Shown: in pieces, positions 24,127 to 37,248 of the stretch
Layout: each line of letters opens with the position of its first letter
Numbering within the stretch: the first letter of the stretch is position 1
Source of the DNA: Felis catus
Taxonomy: Eukaryota
Direction of reading: 5' to 3'
DNA length: 64,000 bases
Assembly: GCF_018350175.1 (NCBI RefSeq)
Contig: NC_058368.1
Span: 81,718,001 to 81,782,000 of the forward strand
Notes under the pieces: generated by a model
Told to the model about the DNA's origin: nothing
Databases searched by the model: none
What the model saw: only the letters and a program-made list of their open reading frames with translations
Program-made: the position numbers and the translations under genes

Positions 24127-26860
24127 GGTGGTGTATTGAGAAAGCGGGCACTGTTTAGGTTGTGAGTGTTCAAACAAATGGGAAAAACAGAGAGAGGGGT
24201 TTGAAAAAGCACATTAAGTTTGCTTAGTGTTCTATCAAAAATATAGAAATAAATGTTCCACAGAATCTGGGAAGAGAAAAATAAGATCAATATTTAGCGG
24301 GAATAGGTCCTTTAAAACTGTGGATGTCGGTGATTGGGCCGCCATTCGGCAGAACAGCCCCAGTTTCCATCGCCCCATAGATCTGAGGTTGTAGTCGTTT
24401 ATGTTTTTCTCCCTACTGCTCCTTTCCCCGGTGCAGGAGGCTGGCAGGAGAGTGGCCGCTGGTATAAAACAAGGCTGTGAGGTATTGTTTTGGTCTTTGT
24501 ATTATAATCCAAATACACAGCATCTGGCTTGTTGACGGGACAGATGTCACCATATTCGGCACATAACTGGATTGGACGCGTCTGCTTGGGCTGCTGTGTC
24601 GTGGTCTGGTTGTTCTAGTAAATGCAATTGCATCTGGGGACTTCTGTTGGCCTCTGAACAGGATGACATTTCACCTTTGGCAGAATTGGAGAGTGAACGT
24701 TGGAAATTGAGCCCTACTCTCTGGTTAGGGTGATGGGAACGCGCTGTCCCCCTGCGGCTGCCCGGAGCCTGGACCACCTGTAGCCATGTGGGCTGGCAGG
24801 TGGCCGAGTTCCCGACCCCACCGCTGCCCCTTTCTGTGCTGGGTTTTTTACAGTCACAGCCTCGTTGTCCTTCATTAAATATTTGCTTACGTGGTTGTAG
24901 CGTCGAGCAGAAATGACCCTAAAGCATGATTCATCTTTGGATCAGGAGTGAGGGTGGCCTCTGATGCGTGTCGGAGGAGCTCTGGATATTTTCACTCACT
25001 TTGCTGATGGTGTGGGCTGAGTGGTCCCGGCCTGCAGGAGGAACCGTAAAAACGTTTGCGACGCTGCTTGAAGCCACGGCCCCAGAGGACATCCTCCAGC
25101 TCGCGGCACTGTCTTTCCCAAAACCCCGTGTGCACATGAGATCCAGAAGCTCTCCAGTCTGTGTTTTGGGAAATGAGTCTGAGATTGGCGTGGCAGCCAG
25201 TCCCCCCTCCCCGAGTACTTGCTCCAGCCTGGGCTGGTGTGACTGCTGTCCTCCTCCCTGGACAGACCTGCCGGCCTGCCCGGGGAGGAGGTGGCCACCC
25301 CACTCGGCATTACATAATCTCCCTCCTTCAGAGAAAAGAGGATTTCCTCCAGCCTATTTTCAGCAAAGGATTAGGGGCAATGAAGTTCTACCATTAGGAT
25401 GTCATCTAGATTTTCGTGTGAGTTTTCAAGAAGCCCTCAGAAACTCCCCACCAAAACACAAGTTTGGAAATCGTGGAATCAATTGAAAATTGTTATGTGG
25501 AATAAAATTCTGGAATGGTCATTCGTATGGAAGACATGGGATTTGAGGGTAAATCAGACTAGGTTTACAAAATGCCCGAGAGTGACAGATAAACCATATG
25601 TATATGGAAGGATTTGAGGCACCTTTTCTCTCTAGTGTGTGTGATGCTGTTTTGATTCAGGTAAATGTGGATGAGCCACCGAAGGGTTGGGTGGCCATGT
25701 GGCACGTGCCTTTTCCGCAGTAACGTCCAGCTTGGATGAAAACCCAGGATCCCTGTGCGTGTGACGAGAGCCACGTGGCCATCGTGTGGGCTGGCTCTTG
25801 GTCCTTGCGCTGATGTCCCCTCGCTCCTTTGTGTTTCTCTGATGTAAAGTGGCAGTAAAATATGTGAGCTCCTGGCATTGAGAACACGTATGGGGCAAAC
25901 CCATGAAGACTCTTGAGAAGTGTGTGGCATACTCAGCACATCGGTCCATCGGGTACTTGGTGAGTGCCAGCTGTGTGCGCCGGGGCTTCTGTGGGGGCTC
26001 AGCAGGCAGACTCGCGGGCTCGCCTGGAACTGCGCGCAGGTGGCAGCTGATGGAGAGGAAGCACGGAGCTGGCTTGGCGCCAGGAAGGGCCGCGGAGCCA
26101 CGTCAGGGCCACCCGGCCGGGACGCTGGTGCAGAAGGTGGGGGGTGGCCGCCCACAAGGGTGAGCGCAGCACAGCCCATCCTCCAGGGGCCCGACTTGCA
26201 CGTGGCGCTGCTCACATGCCGTTGCCTAAAATGGGTGTTGCTGGTGATGAAGAGTTAAGTTTGTTTTGAAACCATGTGGCCAAATGGGGAAAATGTTACA
26301 TAACACATAAAGTAGGGTGATCTTTAGGGGTACAAAGAAGTATCCATTTATTGGACAAACACGCTGGTTTATGGCAGTTGTTTTCATTGTAGTGAAACTT
26401 ACGTAACCTAAGATTTACCTTTTTCCCCACTTTTAGGAACATGCGCGTTTCCCTGTCGTGTAGCCACCGCCGTCTCCAGAACCATTTTGTCATCCCGAAT
26501 GGGAACTGATTCACAGCAGTTTTAGGTAGTTCGTTGTGTTTGACATCGTATGTCGTGTTGGTTTGGAAACACACATTTTTAACCAATGAGAAAGACCTCA
26601 ACAGGGTCATGAAGAGAGGTTACTGACACTTGAGCACTAATTACATTTTAATGCAAAATGTACCCAAGTAGGAGGGTTTTTTTCTTTTAAGTAATTTGTG
26701 ACGGTAACTTTTACTGAAACTTAAACACTTGAAGGTGAAGATTCGTCTGAGGTTTGTTTTACTTAATCTGTGCTTGTCTGCAAGCATCACCGTGGGGATG
26801 GTTCTGGAGAATAGCACCTGGTATTCGTCCTACAAAAGTGATCTTCCACAAGGCAGAATT

Positions 26861-27067
26861 TCTTTTTCTTTCTTTTTTAATGTTTATTTATTTTTGAGAG
26901 AGAGCAGGGATGGGGCAGAGAGAAAGGGGGAGAGAGAGAATCCCAAGCAGGCTCCAAGCTGTCAGCACCAAGCCCCCCGTGAGACTCAAACCCACAAACC
27001 GTGAGATCATGACCTGACCTGAAATCAAGAATCAGATGCTTAACAGACTGAGCCACCCAGGCTCCCT
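26861..27067 (-). mobile_element. Can-SINE
   Basis: Full-length reverse copy; direct repeat aggcagaatt at 26851-26860 and 27073-27082. Confidence 0.93.
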
Positions 27068-27748
27068 TCATGAGGCAGAATTATGTAAAAGTTATGTCTA
27101 CACGGCAGTACATTCAGAGCAAACAGCTCATCATAATAAGTTTGTTTAATGATGTTTATGGAGTCACGTGGCTTTATCCTAAGCGCATTTGTAAGAAGTA
27201 GGAATTAAAGCATTTTATGGACATTATCTTCCAGAAGCTCCCTGCTGCTAATTGACTGTTTGGTTTGACTGTGTTATCCATTTTCAGTGGATCTGTAACA
27301 TGTTCTTTTACAATCTTACAGATGATTAAGAAATAGATTAGTTAAATTCAAAATTACATGTGAGAGTGTCTTCTCTAAAATGGTCCATTCTGTGAGAAGT
27401 GATTGATTTCTACCAAAGGCGATGCGAGGTTTTTTTATCCTTAAATTGGAGTAATTCTTTGATTTCATAAATTGCTCCACTGCTTTTTAGACAACAGCCT
27501 GGCTCCAAGAGCTACAGGTCCCCGGGCACTAAGGTGCTTGATTTAGGAACAAGAAATTTAGCTGTAAAACTAAGCGATTATATTATAAATACTCTGTCTC
27601 ATTAAAAACCATGGCTGTGCAGTGAGCTGGCCAGACGCCCTGTCTGGCAGGTAACCCTTGGAGTTGACAGAAAGCAAAAAGTAAAAATAGAGAATTAATG
27701 GCTTTTTCTTTGGATCCTCACATTTTAGTTCATTAAAAAATGGGTTGA

Positions 27749-27906
27749 GGGGTGCCTGGGTGGCTCAGTCAGTTGAGCGTCTGACTCTTGATTTCGGCTT
27801 TGGTCATGATCTCACGGTTTGTGAGATCCACTCTGTGCTGACAGTGTGGAGCCTGCTTGGGATTCTGTCTGTCTGTCTCTGCCTCTCTCTGCCCCCTCCC
27901 CCCACA

Positions 27907-27940
<34 letters not shown>

Positions 27941-27949
27941 ATAAACTTA
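27749..27949 (+). mobile_element. Can-SINE with (CT)n tract
   Basis: GGGGTGCCTGGGTGGCTCAGTCAGTTGAGC head; TSD aaaaaatgggttga / aaaaattgggttga. Confidence 0.93.
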
Positions 27950-30803
27950 AAAAATTGGGTTGATATTGGCCTTTATGAATTTATTACCCTTGCAGATTCA
28001 GAGATGTGCTTCATCTGACGGATGGCGTCTCGAGCTCCTCACTCAGGGTGTGGTCTGTGCTCCAAGAGGCTGGCACGTGGCATGGAGTTGTCCTCTTTTG
28101 TCCCCACCCTGCTACAGACAGTCCACGCAGCCGTGGTCACGTCTCTCCTGCCTGTGCTGTGAGCTCAAGGCTGGGGTTTCTGTCAGAATTCAGGATCCTG
28201 AGTATCTTATTCCATTTTGGTTTGTTCCTCCAGCCGGCTGGCGAGGGCCGGGCTCCAGAGCAAACCCTAGGAGGCCATCCAGGGTGCCGGTTCTCTGTTA
28301 TGGGATGGATGTTGTGGCGGGGGGGGGGCTCTGTGCAGATACACTGTCACTGTGGCCCCCAGACAGCAGCCTGGCCCTCTGCCTCCCATCCTTGGGAATC
28401 CTGGTCCAGGTTAGGACCAGGACACACGTGTGGCCTAGCCTGTGTGTTGTTCCTCAGCTCCCACATGTCCTCGTGGTCGATCGTCATGTGGCGGGCCGGG
28501 GGCTGGAATCTGCCATCAGTGACAGTTTCGCCAGATTCTCAGGACCATCTCTGCAGGCGTGCAGGGTGCGACGTGGAGGTCTGGGCTCTGGTCCCATGGG
28601 CCCGCAGCTTTTCCAGTAGATTTAAATTGTGTCTTAAAGGCCGGGAGGTGGCCTCCAAACACGTGAGCTCCGAGCCAGTGAGCTCCAAGGAGTGCGCCTT
28701 GTAGCCGTGGTCCCCTTGTGTTGTCCATGTGGCTCTGACCTGTGTTAGTTCCGGATTTGGGCCGGACTGCAGCTTGAAGGCCACTCCCAGTGCCCGGCGG
28801 CCGCCCGGGGCTCACTGATGGATGTGAGCCAGCGCCTAGGGTTGCTCTAGCTGTGACAGCAGGGAGGACCGAGGGCAGGACTGGAGGGCAGGACCTGGTC
28901 TTCAGGAGCGTGGCCCTACATCGGGGGGGGGGGCCCTCCCTGGGCCTATGGCTCTGACACCCTGGCTTTGCATTCGGCGTCCTCTGTGGGTGGGAGCGCC
29001 CAATATCAAACATTTAACGACAAGAGAACCGTGTCGCTCACAGGTGGCAGCTGGACAGGTAAGGAAGACCAGTTCTGTCGTTTGGCAAATACTGAAATAA
29101 CAAAACCCATGATGGGACAAGTCACAGAGACCTGCTGTCCCTGAGGCTCCTGGGAGGGGACGAGGACACATTTCTTCCTGCAGCTCTGGCTCCTGTCTTC
29201 CCACAAACCTGGTGGTGATTTGGAATTAGCAGCAGTGGGCTCAGGGGCAATGGTTGGGCTGAGGGCAGCCAGGGAAAAGGGTCCTGCGTGCCAGGCACCC
29301 GGGCCTGAGAACAAATACGGGCAAGGTGGGGTAATGGTGCTTCCCATCTGGTGCCCCTTTCCTTCCCGGTGCCTGAGCCCTGCCGCTGTCCACAGCGGGT
29401 GGCCTGGCGACCCCCGCCCTCCAGCCTGCAGCAGGTAAGGCTTGCACCAGGCACCGTGGGCGGGGGTGGGGGGCAGGCTTACGGCAGCCTCACCCCACGT
29501 TCTCCGGACTCTTCCTAGAGCTGCTCTGTTGTAATCTAGTATTTGCTGGGACTTGAAGTAGGGAGAAATTGTCCTCAGTTATTTGCTTAAAATAAAAACT
29601 CAGAGGGCAGGCTCCTGACACAGGTTGGCTATCAGGCCCGCCCGTGGGATGGAAGGACGAGGAAGGGCCCCACTGAGCCCACCTGCCGACTGTTGCTGTG
29701 TGGCCTCGTGCTCCCAGGGTGACTGGTTTTTGCTTTTGGTTTTGAAGTCCTGGCTTTCCCGAATTCCAGACGTGAGTTCACTGGAGAGCGGAGTCTCCAG
29801 GAACCGGGGGGAGCGTGTGAAGCCACGTTCAGCGTCTGGAGTGATGGGAGCAGACAGAGAGGCAGCCTGTGTCCACCCATCCATCCCTGCACAAGCAGCA
29901 GGTGACGAACGCAGAGGGGGTCGTCCTCCCCAGCCAGGGGTGCGGGGTGCAGGGGATGCTGGCCCCACGGGGAGACACCAGGTTGTCTGCTGGCTGCTTG
30001 AACCACGACTGCCAGCTGCCTCTTGCGCAGTCTGCTTCCACTGCCCCCTCCCTCCCCAGGCTGGGAACTCCGCTCTTCCCCAAAGTGTTGCAGCTGGTTT
30101 CTGCTTCCCATAGAACCTGGCGTGAGGGCTGGCTTTCTGCAGCCCTCCTGTGTCCAGTTGGGTGTCCTTTAGACCCCCCTGGTGACAGGCCCAGGGCAGG
30201 GTCTCTCCCCTCCTGCGTGACCACTACATGGACCTCGTTAGGAAGCTCAGGCAGGCTCCCCAGTTTGGCTGGGTGCCAGGGCGGTGGGGCGACAGCAGCC
30301 CGCCCTTCATGGTTGGAAGCACTCTGGCTGTAAACTGCTGGCCACACACCCCAGACCTCTCCCCCGGAGCCAGACCTCTCCCCGGGAGCCCCCCGTTCAT
30401 GGACCAGCCTGGTGTCTCGCCCGAGGCAAAACCCGTGTCTGACGGGCCGCTCCCTGGCTGGAGCGAAATCAGTCTGCTGCCTCCTCTTCTGTCCTCAGGC
30501 AGAGTGGCAGGTGTGTACCAGCCTGCGTGGGGGTCCCCCTTCGAGTGCACCCCCTCGCAGGAGGTGCCATGGTGTCTCCGAGGTCGGCTGTAGACCAGCA
30601 GCCGCCCCTGGACCGCAGTGCCCCAGGAGAACCGGAATTGGCCTTTGTTTGGATGTTGGAAGGAGACACATTGGGTCAATGTGAGCTGATCCTTCAAAGT
30701 TTCGAACAAATTCAGCTGAATTTCAGTGAATTCGTAATAGTTCCAGATCATCTGTTTTGGTACTCTGCATAGTACGTAACCGTTGACAAAGCTATGAGTT
30801 TTT

Positions 30804-31030
30804 GGGGTGCCTGGGTGGCGCAGTCGGTTAAGCGTCCGACTTCAGCCAGGTCACGATCTCGCGGTCCGTGAGTTCGAGCCCCGCGTCGGGCTCTGGGCTG
30901 ATGGCTCAGAGCCTGGAGCCTGTTTCCGATTCTGTGTCTCCCTCTCTCTCTGCCCCTCCCCTGTTCATGCTCTGTCTCTCTCTGTCCCAAAAATAAATAA
31001 ACGTTGAAAAAAAAATTAAAAAAAAAAAAA
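30804..31030 (+). mobile_element. Young felid Can-SINE (SINEC_Fc-type)
   Basis: CpG-intact near-consensus body, long A tail, perfect TSD aaagctatgagttttt at 30788-30803 and 31031-31046. Confidence 0.96.
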
Positions 31031-31899
31031 AAAGCTATGAGTTTTTGTGAGATGAAGTCATTTTTCCTGTGGGTGTAAGAATTTATATTACTGAACGTAC
31101 CCGCATGTGTATGACGGTTTTGGGTGTGCTGTCTGCCGCAAGAGATCAGTGGGCTTTTAGTATTTGTGGAGTGCTGTGGCCTCTTAGGCTCCAGTTTTCA
31201 GGCAGAATGGAAAGTTCCTTTCCCGTCTGTGGTGTGGGAAGATCACATTCTGGCCGTCTAATCTTTGGCTGATGGCTAACTGTTGGTAAGAATGGAATGA
31301 AACCACACGGAGCTTGGGTGTCCCCGGTCGAGGCAGAAGAAAGCCAGGAATATTGGCGAGGGGCCGAGGCCAGTGCAGACAGAGGGAGGCGGGGTGTGCG
31401 GAGTCCTCACACCCCTCTCCCCTGCTCTTCCTTCCAAGGCCCCACTTCCTCTTCTCCCCTGCCTTCTCCAGCCCTCACCTCCTGCTCATTAAGGAGCATT
31501 TTCTGGGTCCGGGGACCTGGGAGCCGTGACGCCTGATGGGGGACACTTTCACCCAGGGAAGATGCCTGTGGTAGTTTTCCTGTGTTAATTGACACGGTGG
31601 CGATAGCCCCGCCTCTTCCACAGGCTGGGAGCTGCCGTGGGGCGGGCGGGGGCACAGGAAGGAGGGAGGAGAGGTGGGGGGCCTGGCCCAGCTGCTCCGT
31701 GGGCAGCTTGCTCTTCCAGCGCTGCGTCCCATGCTTATTTTGTGTGCTTCCGTGGTACGGCCCTCGTCCTGTGATGCGGCTTTTGACGGGGACCTAGAAC
31801 GAGCAGGTGAGCTACTCCTGACTCCTGACCGCGGGACGGTGGCCAGCTCCCGAAGCTGTCGGTCCCGGAGTTCCTGGCGGATCAGTGAGGTAACATGCA

Positions 31900-32300
31900 G
31901 CATTTTTTACTGTGGCGACAGGCATGTGGTCGAAAACTTAGCGATGTAGCCATCTGACGAGCTGAGAAGCAGAGGCGCTGGGCACGTTCACAGTATGGTG
32001 CTTTGTCATCACCCTCCAACTCGGGGACTCTTCACCTTGCAGACGGAGCCTCTGCCCCCCTTAAACCCCAGCCTCCCAGCCCCTGGCAGCCTCCTGCTCT
32101 CTTTTGACGAGTCTGAGTGCATCGCATGAGCAGACTCACACAGTATCCGCCTTGCTGTGACCGGCTCGGTTCACTAGGCGTAATGGCTCTGGTTCTATCC
32201 ATGTAGCGGAATCTGTCAGAACCCGTGTCAGAATTGCCCTCGTCTTTGAAGCTGAATAGCCGAACGTCACACACGTCGTTCATCCCCATCGTCGGTGCCT
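31900..32300 (-). mobile_element. Old L1M 3' end fragment
   Basis: L1M 3' UTR-like motifs: cccagcccctggcagcc, actcacacagtat...tgtgaccggctcggttcactaggcgtaatg...tatccatgtagc. Confidence 0.6.
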
Positions 32301-33475
32301 GGAACCTTCCCACGGGACTAGTGCCCTCACATTGTCCCAACGTGCCACGAAGAACGAGCGGGGTCAGCTCTCTCGGGGGCTGGCTGTGTTCCCTGTGTGC
32401 CTGGGCCCCGGCACTGACCTGTCTGTTCTTTCCACACGTCATCAGATCCCCCTTTCCCTGGGAATTCTTTCTAGATCTTTCTCCGGTACAGCCTTAATCC
32501 ACGCCTGTTCATATGTGGCAGCTTTGCCAGTGTTAATTTGCACCCAGTAGGTTCCCTGCTGTTTTGTGAGTGTTTCTTAGTAACTGGGCCGGTGCCCTGA
32601 GGGCCTGGGGACCCTGACTTCCCTTCTGGGGAACCCCCGAGGCTTGGGCAGGATGTGGAAGCACCTCTTCCTTAGAAATCCTGTTCTTCCCTCATCCACA
32701 GCGACACAGTCTGCTCGGGAGGGAGAGCTACATGTATGTCCAGTCTTTGGGGTGTGCTCTCTGGCAGCCTCAGGGTGGGAGGAGTCCTGGGAGGAGGCCT
32801 GTGAGCTGCTCCTTTGCCCCGTGAATTTGGGGAGACTGCAGACGCTACAGAATTCTGGCCAGAAGTGCTTGTGGCAACTTCTGCTTTCTGAGCCTGGTTC
32901 TCCAGCCTCCAGAGCTGCCTCCAGTCCCTGCGGTAAACTACTTGGCGGAACAAATGAGTGCTGCTCCCTGGGCCTGGCTTCTCTCTGGACCCAGTGCTTC
33001 CCTGGACCCAGTTGCTCCCTGGGCCTGGCAGTCCTGCTTTGAGCCGCACACCTGGTGGTCAGGAGCCGGTCAGCTGTGTCTTGTGCATTCCTGGCCCACA
33101 GGAGCTACGGATACGCTAAGTGGTGGTCAAGAGCCCCACGCAGGCGTAGTGGGCTTGCGGCCTGGGCGGGGATGTGGGCGTGTTCTGAGAATGAGGAAGT
33201 GGAGATTTTCTGCTGGGAATTCTGTGAATGGGGACTGAGAACCACAGGCACAGATTATTCTGCCTGGAGAAGAAATGTTTTCTTCCTTCAAGTATAAAGA
33301 ATTGAATGATCGGGGCAAAATGTAAAATGCAAGATATGGTCTCATTTATCTGCAGTAAAAGGCTGGTAAAGCCGGCACATGACCAGGTCACAGCCAACAT
33401 CTTTTTCTCCTGAATCACATCCAACCTGTTTTGCCACTTTTGTTTCAGAGTGCAGGGTTGCAGTCCAGCACGGAT

Positions 33476-33623
33476 GTGTGCCCTCTGGTCACGCCATGCT
33501 AACTTGTGTGCCCTCTGGTCACGCCATGCTAACTTAGGTCTGCCCATGGGATTCTTTGGAAAACACTTTCAGAAAGAAACGTTTTATCCACTTTCAGAAA
33601 GAAACGTATTATCCGTATTATCC
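33476..33623. repeat. Cluster of short tandem duplications (30 bp x2, 25 bp x2, 9 bp x2)
   Basis: gtgtgccctctggtcacgccatgctaactt twice exactly; cactttcagaaagaaacgt(t/a)ttatc twice; cgtattatc twice. Confidence 0.95.
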
Positions 33624-34832
33624 GGGTGAAGAATAAATGCTTGTGGCAAATGTTTCTGGTGCTTCAGGTCTGCGTGTGCAACCTTTAGGTTACTGCACTT
33701 TGCAGACACTACTGCTAAGTTTACAGGTTTTAGGTTTTATCTGTTAATTCATTTTCAGCTTGTCTCGCTGCTTTTAATGGCAAGTGAGAGTGATAATTCC
33801 CTCCCTGTCTGAAGATACTGACCTCCTTAAATAATTGGGAGGGGACGGAACCAAACCTCCTGCCTGATGCTACTCTTAGAAGTTTCAAAACGACACGTCT
33901 GCACCGGAGCAGCTGCCGCAGCGTCCGAGGGGCTTGTCTCTGCCCCGTTTGCCACACGAGAGGCCCTGCTCGGCTTTACTTCTGCTCGGTGCTTTTGCCA
34001 CCGGAAAAAGGCGTAAAAGCAACGCAGGTTATTAAGTCGTCTGCATTTTTTTGTGGCTTTAACAATTTCAAACTTATTTCGGCTCACGACGTTCGTTCTC
34101 CTTTTGTTGGCGCTCATAAAATTTGATTTGTCAGCCAGCCAAAAACCAGCGCTTCTGGTCAGCAATCCCAGGGCTTCGCGCACATTCTGGAGAACTCCAG
34201 GTGCCGTTTGAAATCTCGGTGTGTCCGGTGGGGCTCTGCCTCCCTGTTGTGTGTGGTGCCCCCTGGGGAGGCGGAGACAGAGGGTCAACACCTCTTGGTC
34301 GGGACCCGTTTGTCCCTTTGTCCCTTTGTTCAGGTTCTGGTAATCATTCTACCCTGTTCCATGGGTTTTGAGTTAGCACTTAGTGGTCAAGAGCAGGGTC
34401 CATTAGAGTCTAGTCTTTTACGATAGAATAGTAAGGGGCCAGGAAGGCTTAAGATTTTGCCGTTGGTTTTAACAGAAAAAAAGACCGTGTGTGGACAGCC
34501 TATACCTGTCTGAGGTGCGTACATGCGGTGTTTGAATGGCACTGACTGCTATTTTGGCAAATTGTCAAGGGGGCCGCGGGCTGTGGCCTGAGTGTGTCCT
34601 TTTGAAGCAGGGTTAGGTAATTTTATGATCCTGTCCCTCAGGTATATAAATGGCTTCAGAAGAGGCAATAAAAAAGCAAATGAATATAGAAGATCACCTT
34701 GTATTTTTTTCTTGTATAATTTTCCCGTTTATTACTTTGTTGTGAAACACCATTAAAATCTCGGGAAAATCTCAGGTTGGTTAACCTGTACATTGTGGGA
34801 GTAATCCCACTTACTTAAAACACTGTATCCTG

Positions 34833-35048
34833 GGGGCACCTGGGTGGCTTAGTCGGTTGAGCATCTGATTTCAGCTCAGGTCATGATCTTACAGTCGGTG
34901 AGTTCAAGCCCCGTATCGGGCTCTGTGCCAGCAGCTCAGAGCCTGGAGCCTGCTTCAGATTCTGTGTCTCCCTCTCTCTCTGACCCTCTCCTCGTTCACG
35001 CTCTGTCTCTCTCTGTCTCAAAAATAAATAAACATTAAAAAAAAAAAA
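34833..35048 (+). mobile_element. Can-SINE
   Basis: Full head, body and A tail; TSD acactgtatcctg on both sides. Confidence 0.95.
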
Positions 35049-35772
35049 CCACACTGTATCCTGATGTGGAGTAAATATTTCCATTCCATGAATGGGGATT
35101 CACCTCAGAGAGTCACAGTCCAGGAGCACAATAGTGCGAAAGTCCTGGGAATTTTCCGTGAGGTGGGCTGCAGTGGTATTGACTGCACTCAAATCTCTGC
35201 AAGAGAACGATTCAGCCTTTCCCTGAGAGTTCGTGCACAGCAATACTGCGCGGTCCTTTCAAAAGATGATGTTGAGTGCGGGTTCCTGATGTGGGGAGGA
35301 GTCTGTACTGTGCTGGATGAGAAAGCACATCACTGGCCGTGTGTATGACATGACCTCACTGTGATTAGGCCTCTGTTTGGATTCATGTAAATATAGAAAA
35401 AAATCTGGAAAAACACGCACAAAAATGTTAGTCACGATTGTGGTTTATTGGTATTTTCATCTTTGTTGTTCTGTCTTGTGCTAAAAGTTTTATACTGATC
35501 ATGTTTTACTTTTGTAATCAGAGAAAAGAATAAGGCTTTTACGATAGAAGTGAGTTGCACAGCTCCGACCATTACCACCATTATTCTAGGAACAGACCCT
35601 TAGCAGACCCGAGCCTCTGTCCTGCACCTGATGGAACTGAGCTCAGGGGCCCGAGACCCGGCTCTTGGATTCCCCACGTGTTAGCCCTTGGGACGCCCAC
35701 CAGCCCTGCCCCACGAGCATAGTCCCATTTGTGCCACGAAGACCTCCTCCCCCAACACCAAGACTACCTTAA

Positions 35773-35990
35773 TTTATTTATTTTATGCGTATATATTTTA
35801 ATGTTTATTCCTTTTTGAGAGAGACAGAGAGGGTGTAAGCAGGGGAGGGGCAGAGAGAGAGGAAGACACAGAATCCGAAGCAGCTCCAGGCTCTGAGCTG
35901 TCAGCACAGAGCCCGACACGGGGCTTGAGCTCACAGACTGTGAGATCATGACCTGAGCCCAAGTCAGACGCCCAACCAACTGAGTCCCGC
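35773..35990 (-). mobile_element. Can-SINE
   Basis: Reverse copy: aatgtttatt...gagagagacagag...ctccaggctctgagctgtcagcacagagcccgac...tgagatcatgacctgagc. Confidence 0.92.
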
Positions 35991-36986
35991 CCCCCACCCC
36001 ATTACCCCTCCATGAAGAATTAATTGTGCAGGCAGACACTGTGGCGAGTGCCCTGGTTGTGTTTCTCATGGACCACACACCCCACACAACGTGGGAGAGG
36101 AAGAGTGGTGTGGATGTGGCGGTCAGTGGACAGAGAGACCCCCGCCGCGGGCATAGTATGAACACGGAGCCATTACGGTGTTTGGTGTAAATATCGTAGA
36201 AATCCTGTATCCACCTTGGCTTAACTGTCCAGCGAAATTCCAGGGCTGTGTCCCCACTTGACGTGCTCGCGCCTGCTTGGATGCGTTCAGTAGTTGCTGG
36301 CAAAGTGGGTTTCCACCTCAGGATGGACTTCTACGGCCTAGAGATGCTCTTGGACGCCAGGTCTGTTTCCAGCCTTCTGATAAACGGGCTGCAGAGAACT
36401 TCTCCGTGCATAGGTCTTTCTCTGGGCCTCTGTGTTTGTGTCCTTTAGGGCAGGTTCTCAAAAGGAGACTTAGTCTGTGTGAGGGAAGAATGGTTTCCAG
36501 GTTACTTCCAGAAACTCCTACTGCCACTGGCATGCACAGAGGTGTCAAGTTTTACTGTTCTTTGTTGTTTTTTAATTTCTTACCAGCATTGAATATCTGT
36601 GGCCTGTTGTTTTAACTTGCATTTCACTTATTGATAGTTTAGTGTGGGGCCTCATCTTGTCGACTGGCTGTTTGCACAGAAGCTAACAGATTGACTGGTT
36701 GGTTAAGGAATCTGGAACCTTCTGCTCAGTCCAGTTCATCACATGACCCAGGGCTGGGGGTCCCACAGAGGAGTCTTGCACAGAACACTTTCTTTTTTCT
36801 TTCTAAAATGTGTCAGTCTATGTAGGCAGAGCCCACTTTAGAAAATCTGCGACATACACATTGTGTACGTGTGTTTATAAGTGTGTTACACACACATACC
36901 ACACATGCTGCACTGAATTGGGGTTCTCAGGGAATTTGTAGTAACCAGAAGTTTAAGATGAAAGTAAAAATGTTTGTCTTTATCTC

Positions 36987-37083
36987 TTTTTTGTTTTTTT
37001 AAATTACTCGTTTACTTTAATTGAGTGTGTATGCGCACAGGGGGTGAGGGGCAAAGAGAGAGACAGAGAGAGCGCAGGGGAGG

Positions 37084-37131
<48 letters not shown>

Positions 37132-37248
37132 CCCAAGCAGGCTCCATGCAGAGCCTGACATGAGGCTCAAACTCATGAACTGTAAGATCGTGATCTTAGA
37201 CAGAACCAAGAGTTGGAAATATAACAGACCGAGCCCCCCAGACTCCCC
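36987..37248 (-). mobile_element. Can-SINE with expanded (GA)n microsatellite
   Basis: Reverse SINE with a ~40 bp pure GA run (about 37088-37128); imperfect TSD tttgtctttatctct / tttgtttttatttct. Confidence 0.9.

Noticed and set aside
30804..30890. tRNA-like A/B-box sequence
   Set aside because: It is the tRNA-derived head of a Can-SINE, not a tRNA gene; the same applies to the other SINE heads.
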